Shown here one piece after another: positions 37,282 to 47,400 of a stretch of DNA of 64,000 bases. The position numbers and the translations under genes are program-made. How positions within the stretch are numbered: the stretch's first letter is position 1; every line of letters begins with the position of its first letter. The notes under the pieces are model-generated. The model had not been told where the DNA came from, ran no database searches, and saw only the letters and a list, made by a program, of their open reading frames with translations. The stretch comes from a bacterium (GTDB lineage: Bacteria; Patescibacteriota; Patescibacteriia; JAHIZJ01). Where the stretch lies: positions 6,241 to 70,240 of the forward strand of contig JAUYLJ010000041.1 of assembly GCA_030699685.1 (NCBI GenBank), written 5' to 3'.

Positions 37282-39638
37282 AACAGCAAACAGCATCAAA
37301 GCTAAACAAAGAAATTTCCAACGGGCGATATTCTGACGCGCAAAATAAATCCTGGATAGTGTACCTGTCCACCTTCCCTCCCCGACAGTGCGGCATAGCT
37401 ACTTTTACCTCTGACCTGACCAACGCGACTGATCAAATGTTTGGACCCTCGGTTGAATCAAAGATTATCGCGATGAACCTGAGCGAAGTAAGCAGTTTTC
37501 CATATCCTGAAAAGGTGATTCTCCAGATAAATCAGCACCTTGAAGAGGACTATAGTAACGCGGCCATGAAGATTAACCAGTTGAATAAGGTGAAGCTGGT
37601 CAATGTTCAACACGAATTTGGCATTTTTGGAGGAAAATACGGCACCCACCTGCTTTCCTTTCTGAAAAAACTCCAAAAACCGGTTGTGACAACGTTCCAT
37701 ACTGTACTTCCTGCTCCAAACAAAAAAATGCTTGGAGTTGTTCAGGCCATAGCGCAACACTCCCAGGGAATCATCGTCATGACCCGATCATCAAAGGAAA
37801 TACTCGTAAAAGATTACGGACTGAATACCAATCAAATAAAGGTTATCCCCCACGGCATCCATCATATTCCCTATCGAGCAAGTACGCAGGCCAAGTCTGC
37901 TCTTGGTTTTTCTGATAAGTTGACCCTCTCAACCTTTGGACTTCTCAGTCCTAATAAGGGGATTGAATATGTGATCGAGGCCTTACCACCTGTGGTAGAG
38001 AAATTTCCTCATGTTCGATTTCTTGTTGCCGGCGTCACTCATCCGGTCGTGCTGGAAAAAGATGGAGAAAGTTACCGCCATTTTCTTACAACGAAAGTGA
38101 AACAACTTGGCTTAAGCGGCAATGTTTCCTTTTATAACACCTATCTTGGCCTTAACGACCTTCTCAAATTTTTGGAAGCAACGGATATCTATCTTTCCAC
38201 TTCCTTAGATCCAAACCAAACTGTTTCCGGCACTTTATCTTACGCCCTTGGCGTCGGACGCCCGGTAATATCCACGGCCTTTGCCCAAGCGAAACAAGAC
38301 GTAACGAAGGGAGTCGGCGTATTGGTCGACTTCAAGAAACCGCGGGCTTTCACCGATGCTATCATTAAAATTTTAAAAAATAACGCGTTGCGTCTGCAGA
38401 TGGGCAAAAGAGCCTATTTCCGTACCAGATACATGGCCTGGGAAAACGTTGCTCTTTCGTATCTGAAATATTTTTCCCAGTTTGTGCCGGAACAAACTCT
38501 GAGGCAAAGAAAACTTCCGCCCATAAAACTCGCGCATTTGGCTAAATTGACTGATGATTTCGGCATTATCCAGTTTGCCCAGCTGACTGAACCAGATCTT
38601 TCTTCTGGATATACTTTAGACGATAACGCCCGAGCCTTAATCGTTGCCACTCTCCACTATCAAAAATTCAAAGCTCCCTCTTCATTAAAACTCGCGTCCA
38701 TATACCTGAACTTTCTCCGTCGGGTGACCAGACCAGATGGACTTTTTGATAACTATGTCAATCAAAACCGAACTATTGATACACAAAGAAATCTTCAGGA
38801 ATATTCTGAGGATTCCAGCGCGCGCTGCTTGTACGCGCTCGCTCTGGTTGCCACCGCCAGCCAAATCCCAAAACATCTAAGACATGAAGCTCATTCTCTT
38901 TTTGAACAAAGTCTTAGGAAAAACATTGCTTTTTCTTCACCGCGCGCTATCGCTTTTTATACTAAGGCTCTGTATTGTTTTCTTTCAAAATGGCCAGGCT
39001 TGGGCAGTTACCCGCGCCTTGCCTCAAATAATGACGGAGCGCGCGTCAGCCGGGCAGGCCGCGAGCCCAAAGCTCTTGCTGTGTTAAGGCGCCAATGCGA
39101 ACTACTCGTGAATTTATTCGCAAAGAGCCGTTCTCACGACTGGGAATGGTTCGAACATTATTTAACATACTCGAACGCGACTCTGCCGGAAGCGCTTCTT
39201 CTCGGATACAAAATAACAGGCGAAGAACCTTACCTCGAAGTGGCCAATAAAACCCTCAATTTCCTGATTGAACACACCTTTTCCTCCAAAGGCGCGGAGC
39301 CGGCCAGCCAGCGTGAAACGACCTATATTCCCATCGGCCAAAGCGGATGGTTTCCCAAGGGAGGGGCAAGACAATATTTTGACCAACAGCCGGAAGACAC
39401 AACCGCCACCATCCAAGCACTTAATACGATGTTTCAACTAACAAGCAACAAGCGCTATGAAGCCCTGGCGTACGCTGCTTTCAATTGGTTTTTGGGAGAC
39501 AATGTTCTGGGACAGGTAGTATATGATCGAACTACCGGCGGATGTTATGACGGAGTTGGAAACAAATCCATCAACTTAAACCAAGGCGCTGAGTCTACAA
39601 TTTCTTATCTTCTAGCACGTCTTTCCTTCGAAAACTAG
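37278..39638 (+). CDS. GT4 glycosyltransferase fused to C-terminal (alpha/alpha)6 glycosidase-like domain
   Basis: STFPPRQCGIATFT, QHEFGIFGG, FGLLSPNKG, SGTLSYA; C-terminal GYTLDDNARAL, FDQQP, NQGAESTISY. Confidence 0.88.
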   Translation: MKQQTASKLNKEISNGRYSDAQNKSWIVYLSTFPPRQCGIATFTSDLTNATDQMFGPSVESKIIAMNLSEVSSFPYPEKVILQINQHLEEDYSNAAMKINQLNKVKLVNVQHEFGIFGGKYGTHLLSFLKKLQKPVVTTFHTVLPAPNKKMLGVVQAIAQHSQGIIVMTRSSKEILVKDYGLNTNQIKVIPHGIHHIPYRASTQAKSALGFSDKLTLSTFGLLSPNKGIEYVIEALPPVVEKFPHVRFLVAGVTHPVVLEKDGESYRHFLTTKVKQLGLSGNVSFYNTYLGLNDLLKFLEATDIYLSTSLDPNQTVSGTLSYALGVGRPVISTAFAQAKQDVTKGVGVLVDFKKPRAFTDAIIKILKNNALRLQMGKRAYFRTRYMAWENVALSYLKYFSQFVPEQTLRQRKLPPIKLAHLAKLTDDFGIIQFAQLTEPDLSSGYTLDDNARALIVATLHYQKFKAPSSLKLASIYLNFLRRVTRPDGLFDNYVNQNRTIDTQRNLQEYSEDSSARCLYALALVATASQIPKHLRHEAHSLFEQSLRKNIAFSSPRAIAFYTKALYCFLSKWPGLGSYPRLASNNDGARVSRAGREPKALAVLRRQCELLVNLFAKSRSHDWEWFEHYLTYSNATLPEALLLGYKITGEEPYLEVANKTLNFLIEHTFSSKGAEPASQRETTYIPIGQSGWFPKGGARQYFDQQPEDTTATIQALNTMFQLTSNKRYEALAYAAFNWFLGDNVLGQVVYDRTTGGCYDGVGNKSINLNQGAESTISYLLARLSFEN

Positions 39639-39721
39639 ATAAGCCAGGTTCATATTTCCACTGAAGCATCAGGATTTTTCCGTTCTGTTCAATATATCGT
39701 CGACGATCGTGATATGATTAA

Positions 39722-40585
39722 TTATTCTGGCGAGAGAATGTAGTGAAGGAGAGCATTCACGTAATCAAACGGAGCGTCATCAAGAAGTATCGCGTCAAAA
39801 TGCCTCTGATACTCTTCCAGCCATTCATCATTCCGCTCGTTCATAAACCCGATACTGATCAGCCAATCATGGGCAAAACCGCTAATCATTCCCAAATCCC
39901 CCAGACTGTCACCGAGGAGAATGACGTTTTTTCGTTTCCGAACCGCCGTATAGGCTGGTGCGAAATTCCTGATCAGGGTTTCGTCTTTATTAAATGTATG
40001 CACAATCGGCTCAATGTAACCGATTGCCTGGTCGTTGCCGTCCCAACGAAATTCGTTTGAGATAATGTGCACATTACCGGTCAATACGCCCGCATCTTTC
40101 AAAAACGCCGTTATACCCTCCCGACCGATCCCGCTGGCCGAAAGAATCACGAAAGGGATATCGAGTTTCCGAAGCGTCTCAAAAAATTCCCTCGCGCCGT
40201 CCCGCAATTCAACATATCCTGATGTCATCGCGTGTTCTATGTCCTGGCGGCGTAACCCCGACTCTATGAGTAGCCTGAAGTGGCTCCTCCACCACTCCAG
40301 CATTGCGCGCTTCTTTTCCTTCAGAGGAACCCGAATATCAACTTCTATCGGATGATACTTCAGATGCAGTTCTTTCGCCTTTTCAGGATAGTCAGGCGTG
40401 AGATAATTGTAGTCGTGCAATATTGAAATCAGAGAAGGCACGCGCCGCCCCCGAACAAATTCCTTCGTCAGGGTTTTGTCAAAATCGGCCAGCACGTGAA
40501 GCCCGGTCGCGCCCACTTTGCGCATCGCTTCTTTTTTCTTCAACAGTTCGGCCGGCAGAACCTCGACGATTGTTTTTTTGATCAT
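39722..40585 (-). CDS. pyrimidine 5'-nucleotidase (UMPH-1/NT5C3-like HAD)
   Basis: LADFDKTLT, KYHPIE...MLEWW, ILSASGIG, VHTFNK, NVILLGDSLGDL. Confidence 0.8.
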   Translation of the reverse strand: MIKKTIVEVLPAELLKKKEAMRKVGATGLHVLADFDKTLTKEFVRGRRVPSLISILHDYNYLTPDYPEKAKELHLKYHPIEVDIRVPLKEKKRAMLEWWRSHFRLLIESGLRRQDIEHAMTSGYVELRDGAREFFETLRKLDIPFVILSASGIGREGITAFLKDAGVLTGNVHIISNEFRWDGNDQAIGYIEPIVHTFNKDETLIRNFAPAYTAVRKRKNVILLGDSLGDLGMISGFAHDWLISIGFMNERNDEWLEEYQRHFDAILLDDAPFDYVNALLHYILSPE

Positions 40586-40701
40586 AGCTGGAACCTTAGG
40601 AAAAGTTCGCGCCAAGGCGAAGGCGGGAGCCCCTTCATGCGGCGGGATTTCCGCACTGTTTTAAATTGCTGTCGGGCGTCAAGATTCATCCAGCACCAGG
40701 G

Positions 40702-40788
40702 CGGAGGAGGTGAGATTCGAACTCACGATACCCTTTCGGGTATACCGCTTTTCGAGAGCGGCGCCTTCAACCACTCGGCCACTCCTCC
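40702..40788 (-). tRNA. tRNA-Ser (CGA)
   Basis: GGAGGAG acceptor stem, CCGCT-CTCGAAA-AGCGG anticodon arm, long variable arm, GTTCGAA T-loop; CCA not fully encoded. Confidence 0.96.
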
Positions 40789-40952
40789 ACTCTAGTGCTG
40801 GTTTTCCACGCCCGAGGCGAACCCGCCTTGGGCGGGCAACACTCTAGCATTCCTCCACTCTGTGTGCGACAGGACGCTTGCGTTGCGAGTGTATCGTCTT
40901 TCGATGACAAAATCAAGTGTGCTATACTTAACCAAACTACTTATTTATTTCT

Positions 40953-41624
40953 ATGTATAAGCCCAAAAAATCCCATCCCTGCGACATGCCCGCCGACGTT
41001 TCGCTGGATGCTTTAGTACTCAATGCTTCACTAAAGCACAAGCCTGATTCTTCAAATACTGACGAGGTGGCAAATCTCGTTATTGATTCGATGAAACAGT
41101 ACTGCCCAATCACTTCAGAAATACTTCGTTTGTCCGATATGGTTATTCCCGTTGGCCTTGGATTCAAGGAAAGCGGCAGCGACGAATGGCCCGCGGTTGT
41201 CAAAAAAATGAAAAAGGCTGATATCGTAATATTCGCCACGCCGATCTGGTGGGGACAACGCTCCAGCCTGATGCAAAGGGTAATGGAGCGGATGGACGCT
41301 CTTGATGAAGAATACCGCGCCTCAAACCGCAGCGCCCTCTTAAATAAAGTAGCCGGTATAGTCGTCACTGGCAGTGAAGACGGAGCGCAACAAGTGATTG
41401 CTTCCATCATGGAAGTGCTGACATTCATGAATTTCACTCTTCCTCCTGAGTGTGCCGCTTATTGGGTGGGAGAGGTTGGTTTGCCTTCAAATACCGACGC
41501 TGAACGCCGTCGTAAAAATGAAGCTGTTTCGCATATGGCGAAGAATATGGCGCGGAACCTGGTGTATTACTCACAGCTTCTCAAGCAGCACCCGCTGAAA
41601 CCCCAAACAAAGGCGTCAGAATAA
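40953..41624 (+). CDS. flavodoxin-like NAD(P)H-dependent FMN reductase family protein
   Basis: ADIVIFATPIWWG, ERMD, KVAGIVVTGSEDG. Confidence 0.87.
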   Translation: MYKPKKSHPCDMPADVSLDALVLNASLKHKPDSSNTDEVANLVIDSMKQYCPITSEILRLSDMVIPVGLGFKESGSDEWPAVVKKMKKADIVIFATPIWWGQRSSLMQRVMERMDALDEEYRASNRSALLNKVAGIVVTGSEDGAQQVIASIMEVLTFMNFTLPPECAAYWVGEVGLPSNTDAERRRKNEAVSHMAKNMARNLVYYSQLLKQHPLKPQTKASE

Positions 41625-42875
41625 CGAAGCCTGTGCATTCTCCTCATCAAAGGCTTCATCTTCCGTAAAAACCTTTACTGTTCCGAACTCACCATCAAAG
41701 CCTGGTTCAATGCGAATCCTGCCCTTTCGAACTCTTTGAATACCTTCGGCGATTTTAGGCAGGGTGATTTCACGCAGAGCGTCAATCGGCATATCCAACA
41801 ACACGCCAAATTCATTCCGTTCGCCGTTAATAAGTTGGTCATACTCACGTTGGACTGATTTGCTGTTTTTCCCGACTCCAAGAACCTCAGCGATAATTTC
41901 AGCCAAAGGAACAAGGCTTTTGTATGGAGGCCTTGCATCATTATTATATCCTTCTGGACGGTCAGCGAGAACTGATACCCGATTCATCACACCCACCGTC
42001 ACGCTCTTTCCACACTTCGGGCAAAGACCGTTATGTTGGGCGGTCTGTCCGGGTGACCAGCGAACGTCGCAATTTCTGTGCCCGTCCCAATGATATTTTC
42101 CCTCTTCCGGGTAAAACTCAATCGTATGGGAAATTTTGTTCTGCTCCGTTGGCCGGCGCAAGGCAGTAGCAATATTCTTGTATGAAAGCGACTCCAATTC
42201 AAAGACCGTTGCTTCGCGTCCCAGATTCTGCAACGAATGCGCGTCGGAGAATGAAACAATCTGTTTCGAGTCGAGCTGGGACAAACGCCAATTCATCGGC
42301 GGGTCTGAGGAAAGACCGGTCTCAATGGCTGGAACCTGATCGGAAAATTCACCAAAACAATCTGTCAGCCGGTCAAATCCCGACATTGAACCAAAAAGCG
42401 AAAACCACGGAGTCCAGACGTGAGCCGGGATAATGAGACAATCAGATGAAGCACCCAGCACAACACTGGCTAATTCAATAGATGAAATTCCAAGGATCGG
42501 CCGGCCATCGGATTTCAAATTTCCTTGCCAGCCAAGCTGAGCGTTAATCGTTTCGACCGTTTCGAGATCGGGTGCGACAATCACGATGTGAATTCGATGA
42601 CCCCGGCCGTTCTGACTGTAAATACAGCTCAGCTCGGTGGACGGCACGAACCACATGGCTTGATCTGTTCCTTTGAGACTGTAGAGCCCATTCTTCTGCC
42701 GCTCTAGTTTCTCCGTCAATTCTTTGAACCACTCGGGATGGGTAAAATCCCCGGTGCCAATCACCTCAATTCCTTTTTTCACACCCCACTCGCTGATATT
42801 ATCCAGCGTCATGTTCTGCGAGACGGCTCGCGAGTATTTGGAATGGATGTGAAAATCGGTGATGAACTTCGGCAT
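41616..42875 (-). CDS. endonuclease Q family (PHP domain plus Zn finger)
   Basis: DFHIHSKYSRA, GTGDFTHP, PAHVWTPWF, ETGLSSDP, SDAHS, GKYHWDGHRNC...CPKCGK. Confidence 0.92.
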   Translation of the reverse strand: MPKFITDFHIHSKYSRAVSQNMTLDNISEWGVKKGIEVIGTGDFTHPEWFKELTEKLERQKNGLYSLKGTDQAMWFVPSTELSCIYSQNGRGHRIHIVIVAPDLETVETINAQLGWQGNLKSDGRPILGISSIELASVVLGASSDCLIIPAHVWTPWFSLFGSMSGFDRLTDCFGEFSDQVPAIETGLSSDPPMNWRLSQLDSKQIVSFSDAHSLQNLGREATVFELESLSYKNIATALRRPTEQNKISHTIEFYPEEGKYHWDGHRNCDVRWSPGQTAQHNGLCPKCGKSVTVGVMNRVSVLADRPEGYNNDARPPYKSLVPLAEIIAEVLGVGKNSKSVQREYDQLINGERNEFGVLLDMPIDALREITLPKIAEGIQRVRKGRIRIEPGFDGEFGTVKVFTEDEAFDEENAQASLF

Positions 42876-42880
42876 TGGGC

Positions 42881-43627
42881 TTAGAGCGTCTCCCACAGGT
42901 GGTGAAAAATCAGCTGCTGCGTTTCGGCCACGCTGGCATCCTTGATGATGGTCCCAAATGGGCTCCCTGCCTGATTGACTGAAATATACGCGGTCTTGGT
43001 AGAATACAAGATCGTATAAGTCGGACTGGAGCCGGCTGGAGTTCTCAGCCACTTTCGTTCATCGAGACCATGAGTCTTCCCGCCTGGCCCGAGCGCGATT
43101 GTCCGGACGGCAATGTTCTTTTTAATTCTTTCCCGGTTGAAATCAGGAAAATCTTTGTATAAGTATTCACGAATATTGGCCGACGAGTAGACAAAATAGA
43201 GCCGCGGCATCTTTTCGCGCCCCATCGTATCAAGCACGTCAATTAACATTGACTTGATGCCGGCGAAACCATCATAGTATTTGACGGTTGGCTTAGTATC
43301 CGCTCGGTCGTAGAGAGACTGCAGCTCAGGTATCACCGATTCCAGGTCATTCTTGGTCGCCTCCAGGGCGCGAATCCGGGCCGCTAGGTACTCTTTCAGT
43401 TTGCGGGGGTTTTCGGCGGTGAAGAACTGGTGCTTATCTTGATGATAATATGAAACGATCCCCTGTTCTTTCAAAGACTTGAGGATGTCATAAGTCGTCC
43501 CGCGATTGATATCTGCCGCGCTGGCGATTTTGCGCACGGAAGCGGGACCGCTTTGCAACAGCGCCCGGTATACTTTCACCTCCTTCTCGCTCAAACCCAG
43601 CTCATGAAGGATATTGTCAGCAGTCAT
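42881..43627 (-). CDS. TrmB-family transcriptional regulator
   Basis: LGLSEKEVKVYRALLQSG...INRGTTYDILKSL wHTH plus PTVKYYDG effector domain. Confidence 0.9.
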   Translation of the reverse strand: MTADNILHELGLSEKEVKVYRALLQSGPASVRKIASAADINRGTTYDILKSLKEQGIVSYYHQDKHQFFTAENPRKLKEYLAARIRALEATKNDLESVIPELQSLYDRADTKPTVKYYDGFAGIKSMLIDVLDTMGREKMPRLYFVYSSANIREYLYKDFPDFNRERIKKNIAVRTIALGPGGKTHGLDERKWLRTPAGSSPTYTILYSTKTAYISVNQAGSPFGTIIKDASVAETQQLIFHHLWETL

Positions 43628-43629
43628 GA

Positions 43630-44472
43630 CTATTCGATCCACTCTTTCAATACGCGCTCATAGACTTCGGGCGTAGAAATGTCATACCACTGCCCGTCAA
43701 AAGGATAGCCGGCTAACATTCCACGCTGTGCCAGTTTTGGCAAAACGTCCTGCTCAAGGCTGGCCGGAGTGGAGTCGGGAAGAACATCCATCACCTCAGG
43801 GTCCACCATGAAAATTCCGGCATTGACTAAGCCTAGATATTTGTTGGTAGTCGGCTTCTCCACGAAGTCAACTACTTTATTTCCTTTGAGCTTGACCACC
43901 CCGTAGTCGGAAAATTTGTCAGTAGCGGTCAAAGTCGCGCTCATCATACTACCCGAGTCCTTGTGAAAACGGATCAACTCATTGAGATCAATATTGGCCA
44001 ACACGTCGCCATAATACAGCAAAAATGGCCCGTTTATAGCTTCCTTCACCGTGCGGAGCGCGCCGGCTGTTCCGGCCGGGTTTTTTTCAGTGTGGTAGGT
44101 AAGATTCAAACCTAGCTTTGACCCGTCTCCGAAATGATGCGTGATTTTCTCACCAAGCTCTCGGCCGATCACCACGTGGATGTTGGTAATCCCGACGCCG
44201 CGTATCTGCTCCAAAATGTGTTGTAATATTGGTTTACCCTTAACCGGGATCATGGTCTTGGGCAGTTCATACGTAAAGGGGCGCATCTTCACTCCCTGTC
44301 CGCCGGCCAGCACTACTGCCTGGCGAATCTTCGGTCCGAGATGCTGGCTCAAAATAAATTCAATCGCGTGTGAGCGGTTGCGAATTTTTTCTCCGTCAAT
44401 AATCGCGTCCAGCTGGGGGAGCAGGTCTTTACGCAAGGTGATAGTAAGACGAGAGCGGCCGGGTTTCTTCAT
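43630..44472 (-). CDS. ribbon-helix-helix (CopG/NikR-like) domain fused to sugar-phosphate nucleotidyltransferase domain
   Basis: RLTITLRKDLLPQLDAIIDGEKIRNRSHAIE RHH, then AVVLAGGQGVKMRPFT...PK, YGDV, FVEKP, WYDI. Confidence 0.85.
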   Translation of the reverse strand: MKKPGRSRLTITLRKDLLPQLDAIIDGEKIRNRSHAIEFILSQHLGPKIRQAVVLAGGQGVKMRPFTYELPKTMIPVKGKPILQHILEQIRGVGITNIHVVIGRELGEKITHHFGDGSKLGLNLTYHTEKNPAGTAGALRTVKEAINGPFLLYYGDVLANIDLNELIRFHKDSGSMMSATLTATDKFSDYGVVKLKGNKVVDFVEKPTTNKYLGLVNAGIFMVDPEVMDVLPDSTPASLEQDVLPKLAQRGMLAGYPFDGQWYDISTPEVYERVLKEWIE

Positions 44473-44719
44473 GGCACAATCATACAACGACTAAGGCAAC
44501 GAAGCAACATATCGCCAAGCTTTCGCACCAATGCACGGCAGCACATCCAATTTCTTTCACCACTTTCCGACTTTCACGCCAGATATTCTTCAGTATTGTA
44601 GCGGTACAACGATTACCAGACTACCTCCGCCACCTAGTAAAATCAGGGTTCTGGGGCAATATGGGAAGTAAACGCCCGTTTACCCATCATAAATCAAATG
44701 TGTTACACTGTGAAAACCT

Positions 44720-45937
44720 ATGCAAAAAACACTGATTGTATCCATCATTGTTTGCTGGCTGATCATCATTGTACCTGCGCCAAGTTCGGCCGCAACGATC
44801 GCGGAACGGGCCAGCGGATATATTCTTCTTGACGTAGAGCATAACGGCGAAGCGTGGTATGTCTGGCCGACCGATCTGAAACGATACTACCTCGGTCGTC
44901 CCGATGACGCTTTTGCCATCATGCGTTTTCTTTCACTTGGAATTACCGATGCTGATTTGGCGAAAATTCCGGTAGAAGGAAGCGGGGGAGGCGACCAGGC
45001 ACTGCGCGACCGCTTGGCCGGACGCATTCTGCTTCAAGTGGAACAGCATGGCGAGGCGTGGTATGTCCACCCGGAAACCACCCAACGCACATATCTCGGA
45101 CGTCCCGCTGACGCGTTCGACATTATGACCCGTTTTGGACTCGGTATCACCGCTGACGACCTGGCAAGGATCCCGAACGGCGGAACGCCAATGACACCAG
45201 AACAAAACGCTGCCGTCCAGCAAAGTTATACCCTCACGCTTGATCGAGGGTCTTTTCCGATCCATGTTGTTCAACTCAGCCGAACCGCCATGCGCATGAT
45301 CTCAGAAACGGGTAACTCGAACGACTGCGACGATAACTGTCCAGCCCAAAGCCTCGCTGCCTACACCGCTGAAAACAGCGCGCGTTACGGTATCCATGGT
45401 ACTTACTTTTGCCCGCCCGACTATCCGGCCTGCGCCAACAAAACCTACAGCTACCTTCCTCCTTTTTTCAATAGCCCTCTGGGCAAGATGCTTAACGCCG
45501 ACGCCCTGCCTTTTCACGCCGGTCCGATGATAGTACAAAATTCTGACGGCACGCTAACGTTCTTTCATCGTACGATTGACTTTGGATATTCCGTGGCTGA
45601 ATACGAATTACGTTCAGGGAAAAACGTCACGGCGGCAATTACCAACTATCCTTCATTAGTCGAAGCCAACCGCGTTATTGTGGAAAGCGAGCCACTGGAG
45701 TCTGGTATGCACGCCAAGGCTGTCCGCGGCGGGATCGGCTATAATGACGAATGGTACTTTTTAGTCATCGCACAATCTGCTTCTGTCATTGATTTGGCCT
45801 ACATATTTGATTCGCTCGGGACAGATTACGCGATCAATCTCGATGGAGGCGGCTCAGCCGCGTTGCTATACGACAATTCGTATCTATTCGGCCCGGGACG
45901 CCATTTGCCGAACGCAATTGTGTTCAAGGAAAGATAG
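44720..45937 (+). CDS. secreted phosphodiester glycosidase (NAGPA-like) protein with CPR N-terminal repeats
   Basis: signal peptide; two ILLxVExxGEAWYV repeats; AINLDGGGS C-terminal motif. Confidence 0.8.
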   Translation: MQKTLIVSIIVCWLIIIVPAPSSAATIAERASGYILLDVEHNGEAWYVWPTDLKRYYLGRPDDAFAIMRFLSLGITDADLAKIPVEGSGGGDQALRDRLAGRILLQVEQHGEAWYVHPETTQRTYLGRPADAFDIMTRFGLGITADDLARIPNGGTPMTPEQNAAVQQSYTLTLDRGSFPIHVVQLSRTAMRMISETGNSNDCDDNCPAQSLAAYTAENSARYGIHGTYFCPPDYPACANKTYSYLPPFFNSPLGKMLNADALPFHAGPMIVQNSDGTLTFFHRTIDFGYSVAEYELRSGKNVTAAITNYPSLVEANRVIVESEPLESGMHAKAVRGGIGYNDEWYFLVIAQSASVIDLAYIFDSLGTDYAINLDGGGSAALLYDNSYLFGPGRHLPNAIVFKER

Positions 45938-46158
45938 CTAAGGGCCTGAGTATGAACATTTGCATCCAACGCTCATGTTGAGTTTTTTGGGCGCGTAATT
46001 ATTGTTCTCTATTCATCATACTTAACACCAGGTCTGTCATTGCGACCGGCCTGTGGTGAGCAAAGTCGAATCCAACCCTGTACCGAAGTGAAGCGACTGG
46101 TACAAAAAAATGTCATTACTTACAGCTCATTCCATCGGGATGCTGTATTCTTGGCTTT

Positions 46159-46194
46159 TGCGACGAAAAAACCCCCGTCTTCTTGGGGGTCTTT
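46159..46194 (-). terminator. terminator, copy 1 of a 36-bp direct repeat
   Basis: TGCGACGAAAAAACCCCCGTCTTCTTGGGGGTCTTT. Confidence 0.7.
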
Positions 46195-46211
46195 GCTGGA
46201 TTGTTACGGAA

Positions 46212-47348
46212 TTACTCGCTGATCGGAAAATCGGCGTAGCGAATATGCGCTCCTCCACCAGGACCGGCGCCAAAGTACATCCGATATTTTACATAGTCAT
46301 CCTGCCCGCCGCTTCCATTCTTGTACCCTCCAAATGAAGCTCTTGCCCCTCCTTTAAATTGTGACGAGTAGGCAAAATAGTCGCTAAAACCTGTTTTTTC
46401 TTCGCCGGCCATAGTAAACACTTTTACCTCTCCGCTACTCCCTTTTCCATTGATGGTTACTATTTCATCCGTCCCGTCTGCGTCAAGATCAGCTACTTCG
46501 ATTGTCGCCCCGTAGTCATCACCCGGATACGCAACAAATTCTGATTCTAAGGAAATAATTTCACCACCGTTAATGCTAAGCTCAAAAACCCGAACCAGGG
46601 CTTGAGAATCTGTCTCCGGCACGGTAACCAATTCTGTATCGCCGTCGCCATCAACATCACCAAGAGTCAAATCAACACCGCCCCGAAAGTCGGGATGATA
46701 TACCATGAAGTTTCCACCAATTGCAACATCGTTTTCCCATCTTACAGCAAACTTATTCAGTAAGCGAAGCTGTGGTGGAGCACCTTTATTTGGCGCTACC
46801 GCTATATGCTCCCCACCTCTCTGATCAATAAATCCAGCGGCCTTTAATCCTACGACCATATTCTTGGAATAAGCGTAATACGAGTCAACTACCTGAAGAG
46901 TGTTGCCATCATAAATTTTGAGTAATGGCTGCGCGTTTTCATTTGGCGTGACAACAACTTCGTAGTCATTGGTGCTTGATCCCAACCGAAAACCGCCTTG
47001 ATACAGACAGGTGAATGGGCAAAAGGAACCAATTGTTTTATTTCCATTCTGTTCCGAATAATTATATGAATATCGAAACACATAGGGCGAGGCGATAAAG
47101 TCCTCATCTTGTTTTCCAATTCCAGCAACAAATACTTTGGCGTCAGGCGTCACTTTGTCAGTATACTGTTCACCGCCAACTTTCAAACTGGCTGGTAAAG
47201 CTAGCACATCTATCCCTGCTTTAGTGTTTGGATCGTTAAAAAATCCTGGACCGGAAAAAGTGGCTCCTGTTTCTTGATTATACGCAAACGCTGATGTGAT
47301 TACGCCAAAAACAGCTATTATAGCAATACTAAGAATATTTTTTTTCAT
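46212..47348 (-). CDS. secreted FG-GAP repeat protein
   Basis: signal peptide; FRGGVDLTLGDVDGDGDTELV, ADLDADGTDEIV, YFAY...FKGG; AT-richer than its flanks. Confidence 0.75.
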   Translation of the reverse strand: MKKNILSIAIIAVFGVITSAFAYNQETGATFSGPGFFNDPNTKAGIDVLALPASLKVGGEQYTDKVTPDAKVFVAGIGKQDEDFIASPYVFRYSYNYSEQNGNKTIGSFCPFTCLYQGGFRLGSSTNDYEVVVTPNENAQPLLKIYDGNTLQVVDSYYAYSKNMVVGLKAAGFIDQRGGEHIAVAPNKGAPPQLRLLNKFAVRWENDVAIGGNFMVYHPDFRGGVDLTLGDVDGDGDTELVTVPETDSQALVRVFELSINGGEIISLESEFVAYPGDDYGATIEVADLDADGTDEIVTINGKGSSGEVKVFTMAGEEKTGFSDYFAYSSQFKGGARASFGGYKNGSGGQDDYVKYRMYFGAGPGGGAHIRYADFPISE

Positions 47349-47400
47349 ATCAATATGCTTATACTTATATGTTATATCGCTCCTATTCTATCACATTAGC

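Noticed and set aside
40690-40862. Short duplication (CCTCCACTCT) and CCAGCAC/GTGCTGG inverted repeat around tRNA-Ser, as a possible att site
   Set aside because: Only 7-10 bp, at the tRNA 5' side, and no integrase in the window.
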